Shown here: one piece after another, positions 1 through 9,469 of the stretch
Layout of the letters: each line of letters opens with the position of its first letter
How positions within the stretch are numbered: position 1 is the stretch's first letter
NCBI GenBank assembly: GCA_900540295.1
Contig: UQFM01000002.1
Location: forward strand, 5,491-69,490
Source of the DNA: an uncultured Oscillospiraceae bacterium
GTDB lineage: Bacteria; Bacillota; Clostridia; Oscillospirales; Acutalibacteraceae
Length of the DNA stretch: 64,000 nt
Direction of reading: 5' to 3'
Translations under genes and position numbers: made by a program
The notes under the pieces: model-generated
Seen by the model: the letters and a program-made list of their open reading frames with translations, nothing else
Databases searched by the model: none
Told to the model about the DNA's origin: nothing

Positions 1-393
1 GATTTCGATTTTTCACAATACACCTATGTGGTGGATGCGATTGACACCGTTGCGGGAAAAATCGCATTGGCAGAGCACTGTCACGAAGCAAACGTACCGC
101 TGATTTCCTCGATGGGCGCGGGCAACAAGCTGCATCCCGAATTATTCGAGATAGCGGATATTTACGAGACCTCTGTCTGTCCGCTGGCGCGCGTGATGCG
201 CACGGAACTGCGCAAACGCGGCATTCCAAAACTGAAAGTTGTGTATTCCAAAGAAATTCCGCAAAAGCCTGCCGACGGCAAAGTCCCTGAAAGCCGCGGA
301 CGGCATTTGCCGGGCAGTATATCCTTTACCCCGTCCGCCGCAGGCTTGATTCTTGCAGGCGCGGTCGTGCGGGACATCCTCAATATAGAATAG
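1..393 (+). CDS. tcdA: tRNA threonylcarbamoyladenosine dehydratase (ThiF/MoeB family), 5'-truncated by window edge
   Basis: Frame 1 is open from nt 1 (DFDFSQYTYVVDAIDTVAGKIAL...). The C-terminal region is typical of TcdA/CsdL E1-like enzymes. Stop at 391-393. Confidence 0.7.
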   Translation, partial: DFDFSQYTYVVDAIDTVAGKIALAEHCHEANVPLISSMGAGNKLHPELFEIADIYETSVCPLARVMRTELRKRGIPKLKVVYSKEIPQKPADGKVPESRGRHLPGSISFTPSAAGLILAGAVVRDILNIE

Positions 394-405
394 GAGAGAA
401 ACAGT

Positions 406-1524
406 ATGCAATACCGTAATTTCGGCAAAACAGGCGAAAAGGTTTCCGCGCTTGGCTTCGGTTGTATGCGTCTGCCTACACAAAACAATCTTCTGCACAG
501 CATTGACGAACCCGAGGCTATGAAAATCGTCCGCGAGGGCATTGACCGAGGCATCAATTACATAGATACGGCATTTTTCTATCACAACGGCAAAAGCGAG
601 GGTTTTGTCGGTAAGGCATTGCAGGACGGCTATCGCGAGAAGGTTCTGCTTGCCACAAAATCGCCGTTCGGCGGATTCAAATTCGGTTTTGAATTCGACA
701 AAATTTTGGATACGCAGTTAAAACGCCTGCAAACCGACCATATCGATATGTATTTACTGCATGCGGCGGATTTAAAGTCATGGAAGAATTCCGCACTGAA
801 ATTTGATTTGCTTTCTAAAATGGAAAAAGCACGAGACGCAGGCAAGATTCGGTATATCGGGTTTTCTTTCCACGACAGCTTCGAGGCGTTCATGACGATT
901 TTAAACGGCTACGACCGTTGGGATTTTTGCCAGATTCAGTATAACTATGTCAATACCGATTATCAGGCGGGCACAAAGGGCTTGGAAGCCGCCGCCGCAA
1001 AAGGACTCGGCGTCATTGTGATGGAGCCGTTGCTCGGCGGAAAATTGGCGTTACCGACCGAAAATGTAAAATCCGCGCTCCCCACGGGCGTACCGCCCGT
1101 ACAGGCGGCGCTTGACTTTATTTGGGACAGACCCGAAGTCAGCCTGCTTTTAAGCGGTATGAGCAATGCACAGCAGGTGCGGGAAAATCTGCAATACGCC
1201 GAAGAGAGCCGCATTGGGAAACTCGATGAAGTGCAAAAGGCCTGCTATCCCAAAGCAAAACAGATTTTTGATACCGCCGCGCGAGTCTCCTGTACACACT
1301 GCGATTACTGCATGCCCTGTCCCGTCGGGGTAGAAATTCCCGAAATTTTCGCCTGCTACAATAAAAGTGCGGCAGATAAGAACGGTGCGAAAAAACAGTA
1401 TAAGAAAATCAAAGGTGCGGCGCAAAAATGCGTTGCCTGCGGAAAATGCGAAACAAAATGCCCCCAACAGCTGCCGATTCGCGAAAAATTAAAAGAAGCC
1501 GACGCGTTTTTCAAAGGAGAATAA
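406..1524 (+). CDS. aldo/keto reductase with C-terminal 2x[4Fe-4S] ferredoxin domain
   Basis: RBS AGGAGAGAAAC precedes the ATG. N-terminus GFGCMRLP is AKR-like. C-terminus carries two Cys clusters: CTHCDYCMPCP and CVACGKCETKCP. Confidence 0.8.
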   Translation: MQYRNFGKTGEKVSALGFGCMRLPTQNNLLHSIDEPEAMKIVREGIDRGINYIDTAFFYHNGKSEGFVGKALQDGYREKVLLATKSPFGGFKFGFEFDKILDTQLKRLQTDHIDMYLLHAADLKSWKNSALKFDLLSKMEKARDAGKIRYIGFSFHDSFEAFMTILNGYDRWDFCQIQYNYVNTDYQAGTKGLEAAAAKGLGVIVMEPLLGGKLALPTENVKSALPTGVPPVQAALDFIWDRPEVSLLLSGMSNAQQVRENLQYAEESRIGKLDEVQKACYPKAKQIFDTAARVSCTHCDYCMPCPVGVEIPEIFACYNKSAADKNGAKKQYKKIKGAAQKCVACGKCETKCPQQLPIREKLKEADAFFKGE

Positions 1525-1527
1525 TCT

Positions 1528-2104
1528 GTGGAACGCATAAGAGAAAAGCCAACCGCCTTTTCCGCGCGCACGGTTGCGACTGCGGCGCTTGTCTGTGCAC
1601 TTTCCGTTCTTGTGCCGCAGGTATTCCATTTGATTGGCGGAAAACCGCTGGGAAATGCATTTTTACCGATGCACCTGCCCGTGCTTTTGGGCGGATATTT
1701 GCTGAATCCTGCCGCCGCCATGCTTTGCGGCATGCTTTCACCGATACTCGGTTTTTTACTGACGGGTATGCCCGCCGTGCCGCGGTTGTTCTTTATGATT
1801 TTTGAATTGGGCGCTTACGGCTTGTTTACTTCGCTGTTTGCACGCAAGTGCCGACTGCCCGTATTTTTGCCTGCCGCTGTCAATGCTTGCAGGCAGAGCG
1901 GTCTACTTTTTGAGCTTGGTGTTCGCATTGAACCTTTTGCATTTAAAAATTTCCGAAACGCCCTCTGCCGCGGCGGCACTCGTTACCGCCGTAACAACGG
2001 GTGCACCCGGCATTATTTTACAGCTTTGCGCCGTACCCGCATTACTTACGGCAATGCGCAAAGCAAAGGTGATACATTATGAACCGAGATTTGGAAAACT
2101 GTAA
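1528..2104 (+). pseudogene. ECF-transporter S-component-like membrane protein, apparently frameshifted (frame 1 to frame 2 near 1850-1895)
   Basis: A GTG start with RBS AAAGGAGA begins a membrane protein in frame 1 (1528..~1890). Its hydrophobic C-terminal continuation (LAGRAVYFLSLVFALNLL...VTAVTTGAPGIILQLCAVPALLTAMRKAK) is only in frame 2 (ORF 1802..2104). Frame 1 after ~1890 becomes basic and non-membrane-like. Confidence 0.4.
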
Positions 2105-2498
2105 ATCCGTTTTGCATGCGGAAGGCTGTACCTGCGTGGCCCGGCAGGACGGTCAGTTGTATACTGCCACAGAGCGCGGTATCCGTCCGCTGATGCAATG
2201 GCTGGAATCGGGTGCTTTACACGGCGCCGTGCTGGCGGACAAAGTAATCGGCAAAGCGGCGGCGTTTTTATTGGAAAAAGGCGGCGTAACCGCAATCTAT
2301 GCCGATGTTATCAGTGTGCCAGCCGCAGAAGTGTTGGAACGCGCCGACATTCCGTATAGCTTCCGAACGAAAGTCCCGTATATCCAAAACCGTACAGGTA
2401 ACGGCATGTGCCCTATGGAAAGCGCCGTGCTGTCGGTAAAAGACGCGGACGAGGCATATTTAAAATTGCAGGAAACCCTGCGGAATTTAGCAAAGTAG
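2079..2498 (+). CDS. small conserved hypothetical protein (DUF1893/TM1506-like)
   Basis: 139 aa. RBS AAAGGTGA sits 6 nt upstream of the ATG. Translationally coupled to the upstream membrane-protein gene. Confidence 0.6.
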   Translation: MNRDLENCKSVLHAEGCTCVARQDGQLYTATERGIRPLMQWLESGALHGAVLADKVIGKAAAFLLEKGGVTAIYADVISVPAAEVLERADIPYSFRTKVPYIQNRTGNGMCPMESAVLSVKDADEAYLKLQETLRNLAK

Positions 2499-2569
2499 GG
2501 GAAAATGGTTTGCCCGCCGAAGTATGGGATGTTCATGACGCACAGATATGGTTATCTTATATCAAATCA

Positions 2570-2606
2570 AAAGCACGCTGAACCCTTGTCAGCGTGCTTT
2601 CATTTA
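2570..2606. terminator. bidirectional rho-independent terminator
   Basis: Hairpin AGCACGCTGA-acccttg-TCAGCGTGCT is flanked by an A-run upstream and TTCATTT downstream. It lies between convergent genes. Confidence 0.6.
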
Positions 2607-2621
2607 GGCTACTTTGTCTTT

Positions 2622-3485
2622 TTATTCCTTGCCGCCGCAGGCACAGAACGGACCTGCGCTGTTGCAGCAACTGCCGCTGCCGTCATTCGGCGGGAAGAAG
2701 GCGTCCACGGGGAACTGAATCTTACGGAATGCCTCGCACGGATCGTCGGTATCACAGCTGCATTCCTTTTGCGGAATACAGAAGTCGTAAGCGGGAATCA
2801 GCATCTGCACATCGCGCTCTAACTGAATAATTGTGAAAATACCGATGGTAACCGCCACAACCTTTTCCTCGTGACGCCCTCTGCCGTAATCCTCGGGGAA
2901 TTCCTCGCGGAAAGCACGGCGCACACAGTGCGGTATAGGCATACAGCTGTCGTTCAAGCTGCAGCAGCAGTCGCACGGGCGGCACAGCTTCGCATCCAAA
3001 CAAATCGGGTCTGCGACCTGAATTTTTGCACGCGGGTTCGTGTTGGTCGGAATAAGCTGATTGTCGTCGCCGTCTGCACGGTATTCGGACGAATACACGC
3101 GCACATTGCCGTCACTGCCGTACAGAATGCACTTTTTAGAAAATGTTGAAAATCCGCACAGTGTCTCAGGCGGCGTACATGCGCCTGTAAATACTTCGAC
3201 TGTGACCTTGAAAAAGAATGTAATATCTACCGAATAACAACCGCGGTTAAACGGCACCTTTTCCACATCCATAAACACATTGAGAATTTCCGTGCCGCGG
3301 CAGCGCACACCGGTTGCATGCTCAATGGTTTCCTGACACTGCGGCGGGAAATACACGCGCAGGTCGGCAAGGCAGTCCTTGTCGGCACAGGAATCATACA
3401 CACGGTTGGTGTCGATGCAGACCGCCTCGCGGATTCTCGGGAGTCCGCCCTTGTCGTTCTGACAGCAGGCTTTGTTCTCTGCCAT
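2622..3485 (-). CDS. cysteine-rich hypothetical protein (~36 Cys in 287 aa, CC/CCC/CxC clusters)
   Basis: Start MAENKACCQ... is preceded by GGAGGAATTTGT (revcomp of 3486-3500). No signal peptide. Motifs include CDCCCS, GSCCNSAGPFCACGG and ACCQND. No confidently recognised family. Confidence 0.7.
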   Translation of the reverse strand: MAENKACCQNDKGGLPRIREAVCIDTNRVYDSCADKDCLADLRVYFPPQCQETIEHATGVRCRGTEILNVFMDVEKVPFNRGCYSVDITFFFKVTVEVFTGACTPPETLCGFSTFSKKCILYGSDGNVRVYSSEYRADGDDNQLIPTNTNPRAKIQVADPICLDAKLCRPCDCCCSLNDSCMPIPHCVRRAFREEFPEDYGRGRHEEKVVAVTIGIFTIIQLERDVQMLIPAYDFCIPQKECSCDTDDPCEAFRKIQFPVDAFFPPNDGSGSCCNSAGPFCACGGKE

Positions 3486-3584
3486 ACAAATTCCTCCTGA
3501 ATATAAGCATCTGCAATGCTTCTGATAAAGTATGAACTTTATTAACATTGTATGGCAAATTTTCGGTTGTGTGACGGATTTTCG

Positions 3585-3614
3585 GATGAAAAATGCGGCG
3601 GGAGCTTACTCCCG
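3585..3614 (-). terminator. putative terminator downstream of dut
   Basis: Hairpin GCGGGAG-ctta-CTCCCGC is followed on the minus strand by ATTTTTCAT. Confidence 0.35.
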
Positions 3615-3767
3615 CCGTGTCTGTGTATTCGGTATACCGTGTGCTGTGTGCGCAAACTCCCTCAGTCACACACTTCGTGTGTGCCAGCTCCCTCGGGGAG
3701 GGAGCGAAAAGAGGTTTATAAATTAAAAACTTCACCTGACGGTGCAGAATGACAAGCGTATGCAGAT

Positions 3768-4211
3768 TTATTTTGTCCCTGTTGACCCGAAGCCGCCCGC
3801 GCCCCGTTCGGTTTCGTCTAAATCCGCCGCTTCTTCCACGGGCATCACGGAAACGGGCATCACCACAAGCTGTGCAATGCGTTCACCGGGCTGGACGGTA
3901 TACGGCTCTTTGATTTGATTGATGACGCCGACCTTGATTTCACCGCGGTAGTCGCTGTCAATCACGCCGACGGAATTGAGCAGCCCGATACCGTGCTTAA
4001 TCGAAAGTCCGCTTCTGGCAAATACAAACGCGCCGTACTGCGCACTCGGCAGTGCGATAGCAAGCCCTGTGGGAATCAGCGCGGTTTCGCCGCCCGCGAG
4101 CGTCAGCGGTTCGTCGATGCACGCGCAAAGGTCTAAGCCCGCGCTCCCTGCGGTGGCGCGGTGCGGGATGACTGCATTTTCGTGTACTTTTTTAATTTTC
4201 AAGGTTTCCAT
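3768..4211 (-). CDS. dut: dUTP diphosphatase
   Basis: 147 aa. Motifs AGSAGLDL, GVIDSDYRGE and RIAQLVV are typical of trimeric dUTPases. Confidence 0.9.
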   Translation of the reverse strand: METLKIKKVHENAVIPHRATAGSAGLDLCACIDEPLTLAGGETALIPTGLAIALPSAQYGAFVFARSGLSIKHGIGLLNSVGVIDSDYRGEIKVGVINQIKEPYTVQPGERIAQLVVMPVSVMPVEEAADLDETERGAGGFGSTGTK

Positions 4212-6238
4212 TATTCAACACCTCTGTAAAATAATCCTCTGGTATATTCGCCGACAGGGGCTTCGCCCGCCGCATACGCGCGCAAAACAGCGGCACATTC
4301 CGTTTTAGATTCCGTTGTAAAATCATATAAATGAAAATCCACATTGCAAATTTCCGAAAGACGGTCACCCAAATAAGTGGGGCGGGAATTGAAAATTTCG
4401 GAAAAGCCGTTTTCGCAAAGCACAGGGAAGAAAATCCCCTTGCGGTCGGTAAGACCGCTTTGCCGTCCGCACTCCTTGCAGGATTTGCCGTTTTTCACGG
4501 GACAGTTTCGTGTCAGCATCAGTGGCGTTCTGCCGTATACGCACACACCGCGCGGCAAACTGCCGCCGAGAGCGGCGATTTGCGAAACGGTTAATTCCTC
4601 CGAAAGCGTGGCTTCCGCCGCGCCGATTTCCGCAAGCTCTTCGAGCGCCAATGTATTGAATATATTGAGAAACGCGCCGCCGATAATTTCCACACCTGCA
4701 TTTTTCGCGATGGCGACCGCATCCAGCGTATCACACAGCGCATAAGCTGCGCCGCTGTTTCTTAACTGTTCTGCAATCTTCTCTTCCGTGCCGAACAGTC
4801 CGCGCGGCAGGTATACCCCTGCCTGATAGGATTCCAGCACGGCACGCGGTGTACCGAGCGGCAAAAATATACGGTCAGCCGTCACACCGTCAGGGATTTG
4901 CGAAACCGAGCGAAAGCGAAGATACCGCTTCGGTATGCCTGCCGTATGTGCAGAAAAGTCAAGCGGTACATTTGCAGTGCGTTTCGGTTCTGCCGCACAA
5001 ATTTGTGCTTCCAATTCCGAGAGTGCCGTTCGGCGCAGTGCATTTAAAGCAGACAGCGGCAGACTGACATTGTCGGAAAACCGACAGTGAATATCCTGCG
5101 CATAAAAAACCGTACCACCGCATTTTTGCAGCTGCACACACGCTTTTTCTTCTGTCAGCGGTACGGATTTCGCCGTTTCGCAAAGGCGCTCTCCGACCGC
5201 CACGGCACGGTATTTACCGCACGCCGCTTTCAGCGTCGGCACCTCGCCGACCTTTGCCTGCAAAGTAAAATCCACAGGAAATACCGTGCGCTCTTTTTCA
5301 TACAGCGCGGCGTATTTTTTGAACAGTGCATTTGTCGCCGCCGTTACATTTTCTTTTTGCCGCGTACCGAACATCTCTTTGCCGAGTGTGTTTTGAAAAT
5401 AGCCGTCCGTAAATCCCGAACGGGAAAACAGCGCGCCGAGCTCTGCCTTTTGCTGTGCGGTATAAGTGCCGTCCAGTGCCGATTTGCACGCCGTCACCGC
5501 CGCCGCCACATATTCCGGGCGTTTCATTCTGCCCTCAATTTTAAAGGAATCTATTTGAAGTGCGGCAAGTGTTTGGGCATTCTCCAATAAAGATAAATCT
5601 TTCAGACTTAAATCATGCCCTGTGCCGCCCTCTGCGGCAAACGACAAGCGGCACGGCTGGGCGCAGAGTCCGCGGTTGCCGCTCCGTGAACCGAGCATCG
5701 CGCTTAAAAGGCACTGCCCCGACACACACATGCATAAAGCACCGTGCACAAACATTTCCAATTCCAGGGGTTTGTCCTTACAAAGCGCCTCGATTTCCGA
5801 TGCGGACAGCTCGCGCGGCAGTACCGCACGGGTAAATCCGCGCGAACGCAACAGAGAAAGCCCCGCCCTTGTGCCGACGGACATCTGTGTGGACGCGTGC
5901 TTTTCCATATCGGGACACATCTGCCGCACCAAACGCAGCGCACCCAAATCCTGCAAAATCAGCGCATCTGCGGCTTCCCGACAGGTGCGCTGCACGGTTT
6001 GCTGCAAGGCGGCAAGCTGATTGTCCGCCGCCAAGGTATTCAAAGTTATATGAAACCGCACACCGTGCAGTCTGCAAATTTCGGCGGCACGTGAAAACGC
6101 CTCGCCGTCAAAATTGTCGGCATTCCTGCGGGCATTAAAATCCCCCGCGCCGAAATACACCGCATCCGCACCGCTGCGCACGGCGGCTGTCAAAGCTTCC
6201 GCATTGCCGCAGGGGGCTAAAATTTCGGGACGCATCAT
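4211..6238 (-). CDS. U32 family peptidase (long form, PrtC-like with C-terminal extension)
   Basis: 675 aa. N-terminus PEILAPCGNAEALTAAVRSGADAVYFG is typical of peptidase U32. Confidence 0.85.
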   Translation of the reverse strand: MMRPEILAPCGNAEALTAAVRSGADAVYFGAGDFNARRNADNFDGEAFSRAAEICRLHGVRFHITLNTLAADNQLAALQQTVQRTCREAADALILQDLGALRLVRQMCPDMEKHASTQMSVGTRAGLSLLRSRGFTRAVLPRELSASEIEALCKDKPLELEMFVHGALCMCVSGQCLLSAMLGSRSGNRGLCAQPCRLSFAAEGGTGHDLSLKDLSLLENAQTLAALQIDSFKIEGRMKRPEYVAAAVTACKSALDGTYTAQQKAELGALFSRSGFTDGYFQNTLGKEMFGTRQKENVTAATNALFKKYAALYEKERTVFPVDFTLQAKVGEVPTLKAACGKYRAVAVGERLCETAKSVPLTEEKACVQLQKCGGTVFYAQDIHCRFSDNVSLPLSALNALRRTALSELEAQICAAEPKRTANVPLDFSAHTAGIPKRYLRFRSVSQIPDGVTADRIFLPLGTPRAVLESYQAGVYLPRGLFGTEEKIAEQLRNSGAAYALCDTLDAVAIAKNAGVEIIGGAFLNIFNTLALEELAEIGAAEATLSEELTVSQIAALGGSLPRGVCVYGRTPLMLTRNCPVKNGKSCKECGRQSGLTDRKGIFFPVLCENGFSEIFNSRPTYLGDRLSEICNVDFHLYDFTTESKTECAAVLRAYAAGEAPVGEYTRGLFYRGVE

Positions 6239-6606
6239 TGCTCGTCCGTCTGCGGTGCAAACAAGTTCATTTGATTGGATTTTGCTTTCGCCTCCGTGCG
6301 CACACGGTCCAATTCGCGCTTATAAAAATCGCGCTCGGTCTGCGCCTCGGAAGCATCCTTTAAATAATCCTTAATCTGCGCACGGTAGCCCTCGGCGGTT
6401 TGCTCCGATTTTCTTGCTTTGTCGGCGAATTCAATCGCCACAAGCACCGCCGCCTGATTGGTGGACATAAAGGGATTTGCACCTTGCAGTTCCTTCATCT
6501 TGCTGTCAATTTCCGTTGCGATTTCATTGGTGTACTCCGCGGTCTCATCCGTAATGAGTGAATAATTCACACCCGCTATAGTTACCTTGACTCTGTTTCT
6601 TTCCAT
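6235..6606 (-). CDS. zapA: cell division protein ZapA
   Basis: MERNRVKVTIAGVNYSLITDE... with RBS GAGGTG. ~123 aa. Overlaps the U32 start by 4 nt. Confidence 0.75.
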   Translation of the reverse strand: MERNRVKVTIAGVNYSLITDETAEYTNEIATEIDSKMKELQGANPFMSTNQAAVLVAIEFADKARKSEQTAEGYRAQIKDYLKDASEAQTERDFYKRELDRVRTEAKAKSNQMNLFAPQTDEQ

Positions 6607-6724
6607 ATCCGAACACCTCAAATCCATAGATTTGCCTGTTTTTTCTATTATACTTTAAATTTTGCGAAACTGCAACCTTTTGTATAAGGATAAAACAGAA
6701 TTGATTCGCACCCGCGGAATGCAG

Positions 6725-7035
6725 AAGCTTGTCATTCTGCGCGTTCGCGAAGAATCGCACACGGCACGGAGTAAATCTGATTCTCGGTAGGGCGCGGGCT
6801 TGCTCGCGCCGCAGAATTTCATTAGATTTTTCGGACGAACACAGTTTGCCCCTGCGGGATTGGGATGTGTCTTTGGATTGTGCGAATTTCGCGGGCGATT
6901 TGTGAATCGCCCCTACACAGTCGGCGTGTTGCCGTTGGGGTGTACGATTTTTTTACGGGCGCGCAATGCACGCCCCTACGGGTTTGTCCGTTTGCGGGTC
7001 GCTGGGGATACGGCTGCGCGAAATTTTATCGGATT
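6725..7035. repeat. REP-like repeat cluster R1 (module A at 6731-6760 plus several hairpin-CTAC units)
   Basis: Contains TGTCATTCTGCGCGTTCGCGAAGAATC, GGGCGATTtgtgAATCGCCCCTAC and GGGCGCGCAATGCACGCCCCTACGGG. Members of the same family recur at eight other loci. Confidence 0.8.
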
Positions 7036-7041
7036 TCGCTT

Positions 7042-7068
7042 CCGCAACCGTTAGTTGCGGCTTTTTTT
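7042..7068 (+). terminator. rho-independent terminator immediately after repeat cluster R1
   Basis: CCGCAACC-gtta-GTTGCGG followed by CTTTTTTT. Confidence 0.6.
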
Positions 7069-7182
7069 GCTCTGCAAACCAAAAGCGGTTGTATAAATTT
7101 GTGAAAAAGCGTAAGATTTGAATATAGGCAAAGCACGATAAATATACTGCCGTCGCTGTGCGGCGAAAAGGAGCGTTTTCGG

Positions 7183-7854
7183 ATGGGTTACTTAGACAAA
7201 ATTAAATTGGCGGACTATTCGCGTGCAGAGGATTGGCTGAATTCCATTTCCCATATGGTCGGCGGCGGACTTTCGGTATTGGCGCTGTTGCTGTGTCTGA
7301 TTCGGGCGATTGTCGCACGGCGGTGGGATTATGCGGTTTTAAGCATCATTTACGGACTGACGATGATTGCGATGTATTCCTGCTCCTCAGTCTATCACGC
7401 ACTGCGCCCGAACCGCGGAAAAAAAGCAATGCGTCTGGTCGACCACGCAATGATTTACCCGATGATTGCAGGCACAATTACGCCGTTTGCCGTTTTGGTT
7501 ATCGTACCGCAAAACGCTGTGCTGGGCTGGGTGCTTACGGCGGTCGCATGGGTGACGGTTGCGGCGGCTGTGCCCATCACGCTGACGCTGTTCAACAAAA
7601 CAAAGGTTACACAGATGATATTGTATTTGGCGCTCGGCTGGATGATTATCGTTGCGGTCAAAACCCTTTGGGAATGCTTTGACCGCACAGGCACAATCCT
7701 GATGATTGCAGGCGGTGTGGCATATACACTCGGTGCGGTTATATACGGTATCGGCGCAAAGAAAAAATATTTTCACAGTGTGTTCCATTTCTTCGTTTTG
7801 CTCGGCTCGGTTCTGCATTTCTTTTCTTTATATTTATATGTATTTGTAAAATAA
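7183..7854 (+). CDS. hemolysin III family channel protein (PAQR/YqfA)
   Basis: 223 aa with 7 TM helices. Typical motifs SxxxH.. and HxxVLxGxxxHF. Confidence 0.8.
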   Translation: MGYLDKIKLADYSRAEDWLNSISHMVGGGLSVLALLLCLIRAIVARRWDYAVLSIIYGLTMIAMYSCSSVYHALRPNRGKKAMRLVDHAMIYPMIAGTITPFAVLVIVPQNAVLGWVLTAVAWVTVAAAVPITLTLFNKTKVTQMILYLALGWMIIVAVKTLWECFDRTGTILMIAGGVAYTLGAVIYGIGAKKKYFHSVFHFFVLLGSVLHFFSLYLYVFVK

Positions 7855-7863
7855 GAAAACAGT

Positions 7864-7979
7864 TGACAAGACTTGACAAATCTGTTAAAATACCATTTGC
7901 CGCATATTGGGGGCGTGCCGAAAGGCACACAAAGCGCATGCGCCCCGCAGTAGCGAGTCTATATAAGGTAGGTTTAAAC
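7864..7979 (+). promoter_or_regulatory. sigma-A promoter plus ribosomal protein L21 leader
   Basis: TTGACA (7864-7869), 17 nt, TAAAAT (7887-7892). A structured leader follows (GGGGCGTGCCGAAAGGCACACAAAGCGCATGCGCCCC) ahead of rplU. Confidence 0.6.
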
Positions 7980-8291
7980 ATGTACGCAGTAATCGAAACC
8001 GGCGGCAAGCAGTATAAGGTTCAGCCCGGCGATGTGATTTACATCGAAAAGCTTGCAGTCGAAGAAAACACAGATGTCACCTTTGACAAGGTCATCGCAG
8101 TCGGTGCAGACGACGGTATTAAGGTCGGCGCACCCTATGTAGAGGGCGCAACCGTGACCGCCAAAGCTCTGAAAAACGGCAAAGGCAAAAAGATCGTTGT
8201 GTTCACTTACAAAGCAAAGAAAAACGAGAAGCGCAAAAAAGGCCATCGTCAGCCCTACACAAAGGTTGAGATTGCCGCTATCAACGCGTAA
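7980..8291 (+). CDS. rplU: 50S ribosomal protein L21
   Basis: [25 protein letters not shown]... The internal Met of ORF 7863..8291 is used as the start. Confidence 0.9.
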   Translation: MYAVIETGGKQYKVQPGDVIYIEKLAVEENTDVTFDKVIAVGADDGIKVGAPYVEGATVTAKALKNGKGKKIVVFTYKAKKNEKRKKGHRQPYTKVEIAAINA

Positions 8292-8609
8292 ATGATTTTT
8301 GCAGTTTGCAGTTTCGGCGAACACGGCGCGGCGGGATTTACCGTGCAGGGGCATTCGGGCAGTGCCGAAGCGGGCGAGGATATCGTCTGTGCGGCAGTTT
8401 CCTCGGCGGTCTATATGGCGGTGAATACACTTACCGATGTGCTGATGCTCACACCCGAAACGGAAGTACGCGACGGATTTTTATCTGTGCGGCTTCTGAA
8501 ACAAGAGACCGAAGCTGCGCTCCCGATTTTAAAAGGGCTTGCCCTGCATCTTCGGGGGCTTCAGGAAGAATATCCCGATTATATCCAATTTGAAAGAGGT
8601 GCACTGTAA
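8292..8609 (+). CDS. prp: ribosomal-processing cysteine protease Prp
   Basis: 105 aa between rplU and rpm[19 protein letters not shown] is typical of Prp. Confidence 0.85.
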   Translation: MIFAVCSFGEHGAAGFTVQGHSGSAEAGEDIVCAAVSSAVYMAVNTLTDVLMLTPETEVRDGFLSVRLLKQETEAALPILKGLALHLRGLQEEYPDYIQFERGAL

Positions 8610-8893
8610 TGCTTAAGATTAACATTCAGCTTTTCGCGCATAAAAAAGGTATGGGTTCGACCAAAAACGGTCGTGACTCCGAATCCAAAAGACTCGGCGT
8701 AAAGCGTGCGGACGGTCAGTTCGTTTTGGCGGGCAACATCCTCGTCAAACAGCGCGGCACGCACATTCACCCCGGCGAGAATGTAGGCAGAGGTTCCGAT
8801 GACACCCTGTTTGCGAAAATCGACGGCAAAGTGAAGTTCGAGAGAATGGGCAAAGACCGCAAAAAGGTCAGCGTCTATGCTGTTGAACAGTAA
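8609..8893 (+). CDS. rpmA: 50S ribosomal protein L27 (with Prp-cleaved N-terminal extension)
   Basis: [32 protein letters not shown]... Confidence 0.9.
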   Translation: MLKINIQLFAHKKGMGSTKNGRDSESKRLGVKRADGQFVLAGNILVKQRGTHIHPGENVGRGSDDTLFAKIDGKVKFERMGKDRKKVSVYAVEQ

Positions 8894-8911
8894 TTGCTGT
8901 AAAGCTTGATG

Positions 8912-8949
8912 AAAAGGACAGAGAAGCACGGCTTCTCTGTCCTTTTTTA
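8912..8949 (+). terminator. rho-independent terminator of the rplU-prp-rpmA operon
   Basis: GGACAGAGAAGC-acg-GCTTCTCTGTCC followed by TTTTTT. Confidence 0.8.
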
Positions 8950-9059
8950 TGTCGGGGGTCAATTTATGATAAAGCACAGGGGCAAATGCTTTTTTCCTGT
9001 GTTTTTATTTTCTATTCGGACACGTGCGTTATGGTTATGCAAGCAAGCCTTTTGCATAG

Positions 9060-9165
9060 CAGGCCTCTACGGCGTGTTTTGCCGATGACCCAATTCTGCC
9101 GCAGAATGGTTTTCATTTTGTCGATCTCACGAAGAAATTCGATTTGGGATGTTAATTTTTGACTA
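9060..9165 (-). pseudogene. remnant of the 5' end (~35 codons) of the HD-domain gene found intact at 10808..11395
   Basis: Revcomp reads ..SQKLTSQIEFLREIDKMKTILRQNWVIGKTRR, versus the intact MDSQKLTSQIEFLREIDKMKSVLRQNWVIGNARR. The ATG is destroyed, the copy carries several synonymous changes, and similarity breaks after codon ~35. Confidence 0.7.
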
Positions 9166-9352
9166 TATTGTAGGGGGCGACGGTCTCGCCTGCCGGCTTG
9201 GTCGGTGCTTCTGCATACTTCCGTATGCAGAGGTCTCCACCGGAGACCCGCACCCCGCCCTACCGAGAATCAAATTCATCCTGTGCCATGTGAGATTCTT
9301 CGCTGACGCTCAGAATGACAAGTCTGCGCAAACTGTGTAGGGGCGGATGTCC
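9166..9352. repeat. REP-like repeat cluster R2 (module A reverse at 9292-9322)
   Basis: TGTAGGGGGCGAcggtcTCGCC..., CCCTACCGAGAATCAAATTCATCC and GAGATTCTTCGCTGACGCTCAGAATGACAAG. The same edge architecture is seen in R3. Confidence 0.8.
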
Positions 9353-9469
9353 TCGTTTGATACCATTTCAGGTAACAGATTAAACCGTTTCATTTCAAGA
9401 CTCTAATCTGTTACCCATGTCCTTACACTCCTGTTACCTTTCTTTACTCTTGACAGTCCTCATCCGCCC

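Noticed and set aside
1802-2104. ORF 1802..2104 as an independent 100-aa gene
   Set aside because: It has no RBS of its own. It is the frame-2 continuation of the membrane protein that starts at 1528, so it is reported as a frameshifted single gene.
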